NCBI GenBank assembly: GCA_903813345.2
Contig: CAIIXF020000001.1
Location: 36,704,001 to 36,768,000, forward strand
DNA from: Owenia fusiformis
Taxonomy: Eukaryota
Reading direction: 5' to 3'
Length of the DNA stretch: 64,000 bases
Below are positions 51,701 to 64,000 of the stretch, piece after piece. Under the pieces are notes generated by a model. It was not told where the DNA came from and made no database searches. It worked only from the letters and a program-made list of their open reading frames with translations. A program made the position numbers and the translations under genes. The first letter of the stretch is position 1; every line of letters starts with the position of its first letter.

Positions 51701-52004
51701 ACATACTCTACTGACTTTTGTATAAATTACCCTCTCTGGTGATTCTTAAAAGATATTGTATTCGTAAAGTTCAAGGTTAAATGAAAAAGGAAAAATTGTT
51801 ACCATAATTGCCATATATAGTGCCTATCTCGTTTTACAAAGTTCTCAAGTATTTACGAATACATCACATAAAAGGATTGAATTTTGAAAGAAATCAAATG
51901 GGTGATGATAGAGTACTTATACTAAATACGGTGGAAGTAACAATCCATATCATTATTATAAAAATATGAGAGGAAATTTTCAAGATGGCCACTATTTATA
52001 TATA

Positions 52005-53087
52005 CGAGGGGTGATCCAAAAGTCTTGGACGCCACGCTCTAACTTTGCTATTTTCTAATATAATTACATGAAACTTTCAGATAATAAAGATCAACATCTT
52101 AACAACTTTGTGTATAAGTTTCAACAGAAAATAATATATTTTAGCTACTTTTCTAAATAGTTTTTAATACCGGGTCGCAGCCACCCGGAACGGTATTTGA
52201 ATATAGTACCTGTAAATCACGTCACAACTGTTATAATATGGCAAATACTTTAGGTGCAGGTGCATAACCTAACACCATTCATGATATGAGAGAATTTCCG
52301 ATTTTCAATCTGAGTGTCATCTACCATCATCATTTTCACGTATTAAGACCTACTTTTCAACATATTTTCATTTTTCATACCGCTTTACCAATGAATGAAA
52401 GACATTTATGAAACCGCCATTGCTGATGTGATACAAATGCTGCTGGAGTGCCACTCTAAACCTCATCCAATGAGTAAAAAACATTTTCTTCCAACCCTTC
52501 TTTCAACTTCAGAAATGGAAGAAAATCGCACAGAGCCATATCTAGACTATATCGTGCATATGGTAGCTGCTCAAGGTCAATAAAAGTGAGAATATCTTGT
52601 AGTATACTTTGTTCCACTTTGATTTCTTTCATGTTCTCCATTTCAGCAGCCATCTTGGAGCAAAAATGATACCAGAATGAGGATTGCTTGTCTGATGTCA
52701 TTTTCTTAGAATTTGACATATACAGCCATTGTCATATATGCCATGATATTCAAAACACAATTAATTGATTGCCTAATAACAAAGGAAGTAAACTAACATG
52801 GTTTAACATTCAAAATTCAAAGAAAGATAGTGGTAAAGACTTGTGAAACAAGTGAAATGGCGGGAACATTTAAGGCTGAAAGTTGTCATGTGCGTATACC
52901 GTTCCGGGTGGCAGGGTCCCTACATTAAAAACTATCTAGAAAACTACACCAAATATATAATTTCTCCATGAAATTAACACACAAAGTAGTTTGGTTGTTG
53001 GTCTTTATTATTGGAAAGTTTAAAGTAATTTTATCAAAAACCAACAAAATTAGAGCAGGGCGTCCAAGACTTTTGGATCACCCCTCG
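52005..53087 (-). mobile_element. Internally deleted mariner element
   Basis: TA-CGAGGGGTGATCCAAAAGTCTTGGACGCC TIRs at both ends. Relic peptide EQLPYARYSLDMALCDFLPFLKLKEGL (52456-52719) resembles the mariner YSPDLAPxD motif region. Confidence 0.85.
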
Positions 53088-53362
53088 TATATATCTTTTA
53101 TTGACTCTTTAGATGTCATATCATGACATATTAGTCACTAAGGTAGAGCAGTTCTTCCCATTGTCGAGTTGAAGAACTGGTATCTTTATCCTGGCTAGAA
53201 CCATAGACAATTCTAGCCAGCGCCAGCCTTTTATCGAGTTAGCAGCACTCTAGTAATCGCCAGTATATATTTATCAAAACATTTTTTGTTCAATGGGATT
53301 TTCTACTCATGGAGTTGCTGTTTTCTAGTTATTTAATTATTAGTGTAAATCTGTATGTGTTA

Positions 53363-53732
53363 CTGTACTCCCGGTATTTTTCGTGTGCGATTTAGTTTCG
53401 CGCTTTTGGTAAAATCGCGAAAATTAATCTTCGCGAAACTGTCAATTAAATCCCTGTTGATTTGTGAAATTTTTATTACCTGGGACTTCATTGCATTTCG
53501 TGTTTTGTAAAATGTTTGTCAAGTGTTATTAGGCGATAAATGGGGTACTAAGTAACAATGTCTGTTACAGTGGCTTATTTGATCAAATAAACCCAAAAAT
53601 TACGATGTTATAGAGGTTTAGGTGCAGCGTGTCGTTGACTAAGACGACAAAGTAGTAGGTGCACTTCGCCGCGAAATCGTGTTTTCTCAAAATTCGCCAA
53701 ATTAAAACTCACAAAATTTACTGGGAGTACAG
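53363..53732. mobile_element. TA-flanked MITE (TACTGTA...TACAGTA type, Tc1/mariner superfamily)
   Basis: CTGTACTCCCGGTA ... TACTGGGAGTACAG with CGCGAAA subterminal motifs. Confidence 0.65.
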
Positions 53733-54108
53733 TATGTGACATTACAGTCTTTCTAGAATCATTTTGCAAACTGCTTAACTAAAATTATCAGAATGGGCTG
53801 AAGAAGAAACAGCTATTTTTGAACAAAATGAACATGCCACATAGATTTACATACTTTTGAGGGGCACAAACTGTGATAAAGTAAGGCCCATGTGTCCTTA
53901 GCTACCACAGAACAGAAGATGAGAAGATAATAGAGTATGATAACTGACTTTGAGTGGTGATCGTTTTCCTGAAATTTCAATTTTTAGTTTGAGTTCTGAT
54001 TTTTAGAAGAGAAATATTTCAAATATTGGCATAATTCTGTTTCAGTGTTCGCTATATGTTTTGAAATTTTGATATATGTCTAACACACGCTGTGTAGGCA
54101 TGCATATA

Positions 54109-55209
54109 CAGGGTGGGCCAAAAAAAACCAATACCAAACTTTAAATCAGACTGAAAATAGCTATGTTCAATATGATACATTGATTTATATATCATTTTAA
54201 AGGTAATCCATTTTCGAACAATTTGGTATATAACACTTTGTCATGTAATCAATATTAAAGTTTTATTATGCTTATTTGCGAGGCCGGGTCGGTATTTAAG
54301 GTATCCAGATTTTAGGGAGAAAATAGTAAATCTGTGGAATTATGTTAATTTTTTATTAATAGAATATCATTTTGTTAGGTGAATAAATGCTTGTATAATT
54401 GCATATTGTGTGACTAAACTTATTGTTTATGAATTTTAGTGTTGTTTATTATCAATAAGTACTCAAAGACATTAAACGTATATGTGACGAGGATTTTATT
54501 TTCCAACAAGACATTGCCTCGTACCATAGATCTCAGGAGACATTGGCAAACAAGGTGTCAATTTGATTTATCTCGATGCTTGGCCACCCAACAGTCCCGA
54601 TGCTACATGTAATGTGTTTGATTACCATACATGGGGCCATCTCGAGGGAATGGTACAATCAAAAGCATCCAATAAACAACTTTGATGAGTTGAAACAGAA
54701 TCCTAAAGTGCTGAAATGAATTGCAACACAAATCTCTCAAAAAGGCTATTGATAGATTGCGCTACCACTTGAAGCTTATTGTTGATGCAGAGGGGAGGGA
54801 GTGGGGGTATATTGAGCAATTGTGAAAATTGTTTAAATAAATAAAGTGTAAAATATTATTAAACAACACTGAAATTCATAAACAATAAATTTAGTCACAC
54901 AATGATGCAAATATTAATATTCAAGCATGTATTCACCTAACAAATGAATGATATTCTATAAATAAAAAATTAAAATAATTCCGCAGATTTACTCTTTTCT
55001 CCCTTAAATCTGGAGACCATAAATAGCAACCCGGCCTCCCAAATACATATAATAAAACTTTACTATTGATTTCATGACATAGTGTTATATACCAAATTGT
55101 TTGAAATTGTATAACCTTTAAAATGATATGTAATTCAATGTACCATATTGAATGTAACTATTTTTATCCTGATTTGAAGTTGGGTATTGTTTTTTTTTGG
55201 CCCACCCTG
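54109..55209 (+). mobile_element. Decayed Tc1/mariner-superfamily element with ~340-bp TIRs
   Basis: TA-CAGGGTGGGCCAAAAAAAA ... TTTTTTTTGGCCCACCCTG-TA. An internal relic at about 54580-54660 translates WPPNSPD...FDYHTWGHLEGMV, matching the transposase C-terminal motif. Confidence 0.85.
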
Positions 55210-58200
55210 TATATATAAAATTACCCCATTATCAAGAATAACAAAAACAGGATTTGCTTTATAAGAGATCTATATCAGTAGAAGTTCATGGATATTTTAC
55301 TAGTGGCATGCAACACCTATCATAAGTAGAAACCTCCTACAATATAATCCCAGCAGAAATTCGATTCAGGGACTAGTTCCTGTTGTTATGTTGTTTACTC
55401 AAGTAGGTTCATTTGTCTAGGGGATGAAAGATGCAATGATAGAATTATTTGATCAAAGATAAAGACATATTTTGCAAGAGGGAAGATTCCCAAATTCTGA
55501 TCCCCGAAAACATTGGTTCAGGCACCATCACAGAAGATGGAATAAACTTGGGGTTAGGATCCCGGTGTTTGGAAAATGTGGATGCTTTGTGTTCTGGAAC
55601 CAAACTGAAATTATTCCATCCCAAGCTCAAATGTTTGAAACTTAACCATTCTAAACTTGTTATTTTCACTGACATCTCTACTTATTCCACTCAAATTCAA
55701 CTTTTTCTATAAATTGCACATGTTAAACATGACAACTGTAATATATTTCTCAAGGGCATGCTCGATCTATGAAACAGTTCTAGTGTGAGTTGGCTATACG
55801 GTATGGGGATAGATCTCCACAGATGTAGCCATTGATACAATAACCCAGCGCCAATCAATAATAAGTACAACTTCATGCTCTCGATACTGAAGCTCTTGTT
55901 TTAGCTCGATACCATTAAATTATTGCCTATGATTGTGCTGTAGAAAAATAGCAACTCCTTGCCTAAATAATTAGGCCATTGCCATTGTGTTCTGTATTAT
56001 TTCCATGGAAATTGCTTTGCATGTTCATATAAAGCTACGGATGGCTTGAAAGAGCCTTGCTGTAAGGGAACTGGATGGTAATGTTACGTTAAGCTCAGAA
56101 TTCAATTCTCACTGTTGCACAAGAATGGTTCATCTGTAATACTTGCCATTTTTGTACACATCGATATCACATCTTTCTGTTTCCCAGCCAGAAAGATAAT
56201 CATCTCAAAACTGAGAAGGAAAGAGATAACATTGGTTTATCATTATGAATACTTGCCTTGTTTCTGGTATTCTCTCAGTATTACAAGGGTGCAGTCTTGC
56301 GCACAGTTCCAATGACACAAACATTGACAATGTTAGTTCCATTTATATGAATAGAGGTAGAAGAGACATACTCATTTTGAGACATACATGTATTTTGGCC
56401 ATTGTATAACCTTTTTGTCTATTATGATGATATTTTCATAACAGAAATATATGGATACATAAAATATACAATATACTAGCAACCTTAAGAGTTTTTTAAA
56501 TACTCACTAGATAATGTTCAGTTTAGAGCAATAAAACCTGTCTTAATGAATATCTCTCCCTAGTGAACTTCCCTTCTCAGCACATACTCCAATGACTTCT
56601 GTATGAAATTGCCTCTGTAGTGAACACCTGTTTACATTGAACACTTTTTTTGTGGCTCCGTTGATGATCATTACATACAGGTTTTACTTTATGTTATGTT
56701 TTAAATTATTATTCAGTAAATGTGTTTGTTGTATAATGTAAGGAATTTCATCTTTTGTTTGCAAGTAAGACAAGTAACGATATTACTACAGTAAAATCTG
56801 CATATACGAACACTTCTTTATTCTGAAACATCTTAATGTGAACACTTTAGTCCCATCTTTTAATCTGCCATAGGTTACCATGTTAAAAAACTTCAATATG
56901 TGAACACCTGGCATTTGGCAATCCATAATAGAAGATGTAATCAGAAATACAGTTTATAGATACGCACAGGCTGTTGTAGTTTGTAGTATCTGTAGTATAC
57001 AATTATGGATACTATATACAGGTACCAGGGCACCAGAATACCATTGTATCAAGCACCTGCTATACCCTCATAAGATAATACTTTCCAATGTTGCAATATT
57101 CACAAATTTTCCTCAAATAGATTTTCAGCTGAATATATAGGGGGTTATGCATAGGGGAGGGGGTCTATTGTTGGGTTTATCCCGAAGGAGAATAGAGGAC
57201 CAGAGGAATATGCTTAACACATATTATAATGTATATTTGTAGTTACAAAATGTGAGAATATTTCAGTCCCTTGAAATTATTGTAAAATGATATACTATCC
57301 CACATAATGAAGTACAATTAGGGATATAGAGATGTAAAAATTGTATCTATGTTGATACCAGATTGACATCTTTTGGAATTTCTGATAGGGCCACTCAGAG
57401 TTGAACCTAAAACTAATATGGATGCTTAATTCAAAATAAAGTAAAAATTGGGTGTTTTTGTTTTACTAGTACCTTTATTACATGATAGATATATTGGTGT
57501 AATTCTTCAGTTATTTCTATATAGTTTGATAAAATGATTTGTTTGGTGGGATTTGCTACTCAATGGAGTTACTTTTTATCTAGTCTGGTTGGTTACAGTA
57601 TAAGTATACTGTACAATAAAACTAATTGAACAGTATTATGTAATATGTAGGCACCACAGTACATGTTGATGTGAAATTACTCTTTGTAAATCTTGACTTT
57701 GTCTACAAGAGATAATCTTTCATTTTATCAGAAAATCAGAAAATCACATAATTACATTTATCTGTATGTAAGTAGCTAACATCCAATTAGCATTGAACTT
57801 CAATAACATTTGAGATCTTCTCTACATCAAAAGGGTAAAATCACATGGTATAGTTAGAGGGTAGGATAGCTAGCTTATGTGGATTAGGGTATCGAGTAGT
57901 GTGAAAAATGAATGATGTGACAATTTGTGAGATTGACTTGTTAATTTGCTCAACAGTATTAGCACCTTTAATTATCAAAACATCCTTGTCACTATGAAGT
58001 AATACAGGAAAAAACATGGTCTCATTATGCTGTATCACTTTGAATGATAAAAGAGTTATCTTAGATAGTCAAAGACAATATTCAGTCAAAACTAGCTATA
58101 AGTCAAAACTAGCTATATGCCAAAAACCTAAAAATGAATCCTGGGTAACATCACCTTGTAGAACTTTGGTTTTGGATATATACTGAGACTTAAGGTGTTC

Positions 58201-61200
58201 AACCAGGCCTTTCTTTAACATACCACCTGACATAAACCCCTATGTTCACATTTTTGAAAAATGTAATATCTGCCTAGAGCAAATAATAGATAGAGATGTA
58301 ACAAGACTGTTATCTATTGTCTTTGTGCAATGTATTGCACATGAATAAATGGAGTTTTTGTATTAATTTAAACCTCTCCTTATCGAATAAATTGTCAATC
58401 AGTCAAAATTATTGTAATCTGGTATGTGTTAAATGAAAAATTTGGTGTAAATATTCTTCACTTTGTTTTAGACAGTAGAATTAGATAGATTGGATTTTTA
58501 CTTAGTCTTTGCTCCAATATGAGCTACAAGAGCTAAAATCTTACTTTGGGCTTTGGGACACCCTGTATATGACGATGTGTTTGATTGTGCTTCTCTCCTG
58601 TTTTGATCCTAGCTTAAAACAGCATCAATAATTTGACAGTTGGAAATACTTTTATGATATATAGAAGATGTCTGATTCGGTCACAATGACCTTGCAACAT
58701 ATCAATTGATTTTAGTAATTCTACATTTACATTCATAAAAGCTGATTTTACAATATTTTAAGTTTTTGTCATATTCTATAAAATATTCATGTTTTGGGTT
58801 ATGGCAAAATTATCGTTCAATAATATTTCATGATTGTTGCTTATGACTGATGCACATTCAGCCATCAAAGTGTAGTTGTGTCCGCGATTGTACCAGAATA
58901 GTGGTTTATCGCCATATCATTTGGTAAAAGCTCCTCTGGATGCTCTCAATTCTCTATATAATTTCTGAATTGTTTAACGAAGACTAATGTTTGTATGTAG
59001 AGAAGTGTTGGGAATTGATAGACAGGCTCAATGTATGAAGTTCGATCCTTTCTCCAAGTATATTGATCTGAGTTTTCCGTTAGCTATATTAGAATACACA
59101 TCTGTGGAAAATTAATCATTTCTTTGCCAGATAGCATCGGTATAAAGTTGTATATTGGTGTGCCTGTATATATTGGTTTATATGGTCAGTGGTCAATAAA
59201 ATAAAATGTTGGGCCAGAAACCTAGCATATAGCAGATAACTAGCATATATATCTATGGAGAACTAGACTAGCTGCATACATATCTTATAAGGTCAAGAGG
59301 ACCAGTCAGACATTTAGCATTGTTAATGGTCAAGAGGACCAGCCAAATATGTAGCACATAGTCATTGGTACCAGCCAAATATCTTACTCGCTGTGAGGAC
59401 TAGCCACAGTGAAATATTCCCACACACCTTTATTGCTGTGAAGGGGGCAATCTAAGGACATTAAGAGATCACCCAAAATATAATATTTTGAAATCTGATA
59501 TTGTAAAAATATTTTTTTTGCTTTTTTCAAATATGACCTAAATCTGACCTTATTAATATCAAAAATGTTCATAGTGTATGAAAGATAAATAATCTCTTTT
59601 ATCTGCAATTTCTGTACTGTTTTTATTAATATTATTCTGACATTATCATGTTTGGTTTTACTTTATCTATCATGATTCTAATATCATCTGTCTTGTTCAT
59701 TTGAATCATTTAGATTTGCTTGAAAGTTTGGTGTTTTAATTCTGTTTGTTTAAATTGAGTGTGTCATATAAAACAAGTATGTTTCTGCTACAAATGGAGA
59801 TGTTCATTGTTTGAAACCTGGAGTTATTACAATATACTGTAGATTTTCTGATTGCTCAATCTATTAAAGAAGTAGGAGTGAAAGATATAAGTAAAAGTTG
59901 TCCTTGATAAATAATTGATTTTCCCCTATGAACCCTGCGTGGAGAGCAGTGTTTAAATCATTAATGGCTCAACGTTATTGAAAAGAGAACAGGGCTTTGC
60001 CATACATGCTTGTAAGTACTGTTAAGATGCTAATGTGATGTTTCCAGTGTTTCCAAGCTTCATAATTCATTAAAATTAGACCATGGAGGTTCTATTGACT
60101 TGTCAGAGTTGCTTATGATAACAACCTAGAAATGACATTTGGTGTTTCCTTATTTTCTGAATAATTTTGCCTGTTATTGTTTGCATAGCCTCACACAACC
60201 CCTCTCCTATTCTGTGGTTGCCAGACAAGTCCCACAGTACATTTTGGAATTTGTTCCAACTGTTACTCTTCTCCAAGTAGAGGTATTTTGTCATGTTTAT
60301 AAAAAGTGGTTGACTCAAAACATTTTGCACTGAGGTATACATAACCCATTTCATCAAGTGCTAGACCCTCACTCACCAAGTTGATGATGAATAATGAACA
60401 CCATCTATTTTTCACCCAACCTGGTGTTTTTGTACATAACCATGCTCTGTTTTGATTAGGTGTAATTGTATATAACGGTGTTCTGTTTTGATGTATTATT
60501 ATATATTTACATAGCTAAGCTCAATTCGATTTGGTGTTATTGTATATAACCATAACCACATGTTTTGTTTTTAGATAGTATTGTACATAACCATGCTTTG
60601 GTTTGATAACGTATTACTATCCCACCAAACAAAGTTCTTTTGTCCGGTAGACAGATTTGGTTTAAACTTGATAGGTGTTGGGCCTCTGCTCGAGAAGGAA
60701 TTTTCAGTATGGCCGCTCAATTCAAAATGGCCACCATATTTCATGAAAAATTTAATCTTTGATAACTCAAATACGAGTTGATGGATTTGGTTCAAAATTT
60801 ATATGCTGATGTCAAAGGACAAAGGAGCTTTGCTGAAGAAGAGATTTTTTGAGATGGCTGCTGATGGCCAGTTTTCGTAAAAAATGTATTCTTTGATAAC
60901 TTAAGTACCAGTTGATGGAGTTGGTTCAAATTTTATATGCTGATACCTAGGGACACATGAGCTCTGGTCAAGAAAGTATATTCAAGATGGCAGCTGAATT
61001 TTAAAATGATCTCCATTCTTCGTAACAGAAATAGAAATAACCATTAAAACAAAAAAAATAGCAAAGTCACATGGAAATAACCTAATGCAGATCTACCATG
61101 ACTGGTTTAGCTATACATATTCTTACAAATATTATTGATGAGAAAATCAGATGATATGCCATATGGGCTTAGCTTTAGGATGGTTGTTATCCATTAAAAT

Positions 61201-62474
61201 TAGACCAGAACTAATTCAGTATACCACCTGCCAGGATAAATGTAGAATGTATTAAATTGAATAAAATTCTATAAACATTAATGAATAATGGCCTAATTTA
61301 TTTTTAATAAAAACAATAATATGGATATTGAATCATCAATAGTTCCCATGTCGGGCATCAAAATTCCCATGGCATACCATATAATAATTTGAAAATTCCC
61401 ATGACACACCACAAAATAATTTCTGAAGTTAAGCCACTCTCTTGATACCTCACAATAATTTGTATAGTTTAGATCATCCCTCCGCAACAATATTTGCTAT
61501 ACCAAGTGGTCTTAGCTGATTTAAATAGCCTTTTAGAAACATTTAAAATAAATTGTGGCAGTCAAAATTATGAGTAATCATCTTTGTGTTACATCCTGAA
61601 GCTTATGAAATTAAAGATTTGGATGATATGGGTGCATGAACTTTCCTTGAACATCTGTATGCAGGAAAACTATATCCAAATGCCTTTCTGAACAACCCTC
61701 AATATGAACATATTTTTATGTCACTACCAGAAATGGTGACATATTGTTATAGTCTCCAACTTTTTTGTAGACGGTATTCGGTGGTTGGCATTTGTAAAAA
61801 ATGGCAGGTGGTGACATTTTGCATGTTAATGCCTTATTTGGTCCTAATTTTTCATTCAGTTTATGTTACAATGCCTTCAAATATCAGCACCTGTCAATCT
61901 GAACATTTTTGGCTGCAAGTAGCATTCAGGATTGACAGGTTTTACTGTATACACTTCTGGTATATAGTGTTATTAAAATGAAACATGCTTAAATGATGAT
62001 GATGATTCAGATTGAATACATGGTAATTTTACGAGGCGGGTGTATGACTATGTATAAAATACAAGAAAAAACATATTCTATTTGCTTACTCCATGTATTA
62101 AAAGTTCATTTCACTCTGTAACTTCTGTTCTACTATTATCGCACTTTGAAAAAGTTCTATATTGTTGTCTGATTGTGCTGATGGGCATGTGTGTCTTTGA
62201 GGATGGGTGCCACATAAATCATGTCATAAAAACTCCAGGAAAACCGCTTATCCATTCAACTTGAAATTTTAACAAATGCAAGCAGACAAATGCCTAGATC
62301 TGATTAGGGTTTTGGGTATGCTTGGTAAATTACATGGAGACCATTCTGCTCTTCAAAGTGCGATATTTATTACTGTATATCTTGTTTCAATCTTGTTTCA
62401 ATTCTTCACTTTCTCTCTATACATATTCTATATTCTTGAGACCTATTTAACCTGATCTATTTGTTTGGTTCCAG

Positions 62475-62513
62475 GCTGTAACCTATACCACTCGTGAAAT
62501 ACCTGGAACAACA
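62475..62513 (+). CDS. RIMS: Candidate 39-nt in-frame microexon of RIM (AVTYTTREIPGTT)
   Basis: TTTGTTTGGTTCCAG|GCT...ACA|GTAAGT. Phase 0-0 matches the preceding exon end at 48786, and there is no stop codon. Confidence 0.55.
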
Positions 62514-64000
62514 GTAAGTCAACTAGCACCACCACTGAGCAATTTTAACAGCTATTTTAAAAATTAGCATTAGAACAATCAGTTGATTTGATTTAAATTC
62601 AGCTTGTAGAATGCATTTTGAAATATTGGTGCTGGATGTTTATGTGTTATTAAGATGACTGAATGAATAGTTGTGCATCTCGCTTTAAGTAAAATTACAA
62701 ATATCCAGTGTCATGAAGCACACCCCTAGGACTTCAACGAGATATTGATCTCTTATCTATCATTGGTTAGTGGGACACTAAATTTCCCATGATGCTGCAT
62801 CTTAATGGCTGACCTTTGCCAAAGTAACTTAGTATAAAATGTGCTCATGGAGCAATAGGGTTTTCATAATGGTTTCTTGTTATAAGATGTACATTCTGGT
62901 TGAATATTCAATACCACTGATCAAAATAACTTCACTAAATTTTGGACCTGAGGTTCGAAAATTGTTAATAAAACTGAATTTATTCTGAACGCTTAGATCC
63001 TTGCAGAATCTTTCAATCATCTTTTTTGGGGTTTATCTGCTTTATAGTTAGTAAATGTATAGTTATATAAGATGTGGTAGTTAGTGTATATGGTTTGAGG
63101 GTTTTAAATCTTTAAGAAATGGAATGAGAAAATCCCAAAATGTTGCACAAAAAATTATAAAAAACTAAAATGTTACACAAAAGTTACAAAATTCTAAAAT
63201 GTCGCACTAAAGAAATAGCTACAACCATGTTCTGTATTTAGTGGTTTATCCTTATGTTAAACCAAGTTAGAGGAAGAAACCCAGATCTTTTTCACCTAGA
63301 AATAGTCACACCATGATTGTTTTTTATTATGTTTTTTATTGATGTAGTATTTGATCACATTTTAGTTATCATTTGTAGCTTATTTAGTTTTGTGTAATTG
63401 TGTCTGTTAAGTTAATTTTATAACAACCCTTAATTCCAGTTCAATATTCATTAGGTAAATATATTTTGTTCGTGCTCATTGCACCAATTTCCAATCTACA
63501 GTATGAAAAATATGTGATATTGCAGTTTTACAGAACTTTGAATATTAATGTTTGTGCCTATCAAGTCCAGTCCTCGATTTTCCTCTATTTTTCATGAAAT
63601 TTCTCATAAAGGAATCATACTCTAGTGCGACTTGATGACAATTATATCAACCCACATAGAGCGCAATATAGCAAATGTGTGATAAATAGGATTACATGTA
63701 TATCTACTGGTATACATTTGGATTTCATCATTCAGCTAATTTTGATATTATCCTGGTATAATTATATTATCCTATACAAAACTAATTTATTACTGAACAC
63801 TCCATCAAAATATTTAACTTACATAAACTCATTTCACATTTGAAGAATTAGGTTGCATATGATTGTAATTATACATTGTTATACAAGGGGTGTTCCATAC
63901 ATTCTGATAAATTTAATACATATTCATAGTATAAAATTGTTCTTCCCTGAATATGCCCCAGGTGGCGGATGAGGCCATATACATGTTTTATCACACAAGT

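Noticed and set aside
57732..57767. Second possible 36-nt in-frame RIM microexon (KIRKSHNYIYLY)
   Set aside because: It has AG/GTAAGT borders but intron-like AT-rich composition and a duplicated ATCAGAAA acceptor; likely chance.
47152..63843. Numerous 60-100 aa ORFs in RIM introns
   Set aside because: Low-complexity AT-rich translations, often with non-ATG starts. Apart from RIM exon 2 and the mariner relic, none shows a domain signature.

Overview
AT-rich eukaryotic (invertebrate animal, probably a marine lophotrochozoan-type genome) window with three spliced genes and a dense load of transposable elements. (1) WDR35/IFT121 is on the minus strand: 27 coding exons read by hand from ATG 30639 down to 219, about 939 aa, continuing off the left edge. 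(2) RPL30 is on the plus strand, complete at 116 aa, head-to-head with WDR35 and with a TCT/5'TOP-type start. (3) The 5' part of a RIM/unc-10 gene is on the plus strand from ATG 44203, with a candidate 39-nt in-frame microexon inside the zinc finger. An intronless RING-Bbox-Bbox-coiled-coil TRIM ORF is nested antisense in WDR35 intron 20. The most unusual structure is in WDR35 intron 21: the last 33 nt of exon 21 plus its GTAA donor are amplified into a 37-bp minisatellite with about 39 donor-like sites. That array is split by a 1.76-kb poly(A)-tailed retroelement that encodes only an ORF1-type protein (HAL1-like). Also present are a three-layer nested DNA-transposon stack with intact TSDs, a CAC-terminated element with a 5-bp TSD (Transib/RAG-like signature), hAT, mariner and Tc1 relics, Helentron-type elements carrying a 604-bp satellite, and a Crypton-like double hairpin. 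All calls are from manual reading; no database searches were run.
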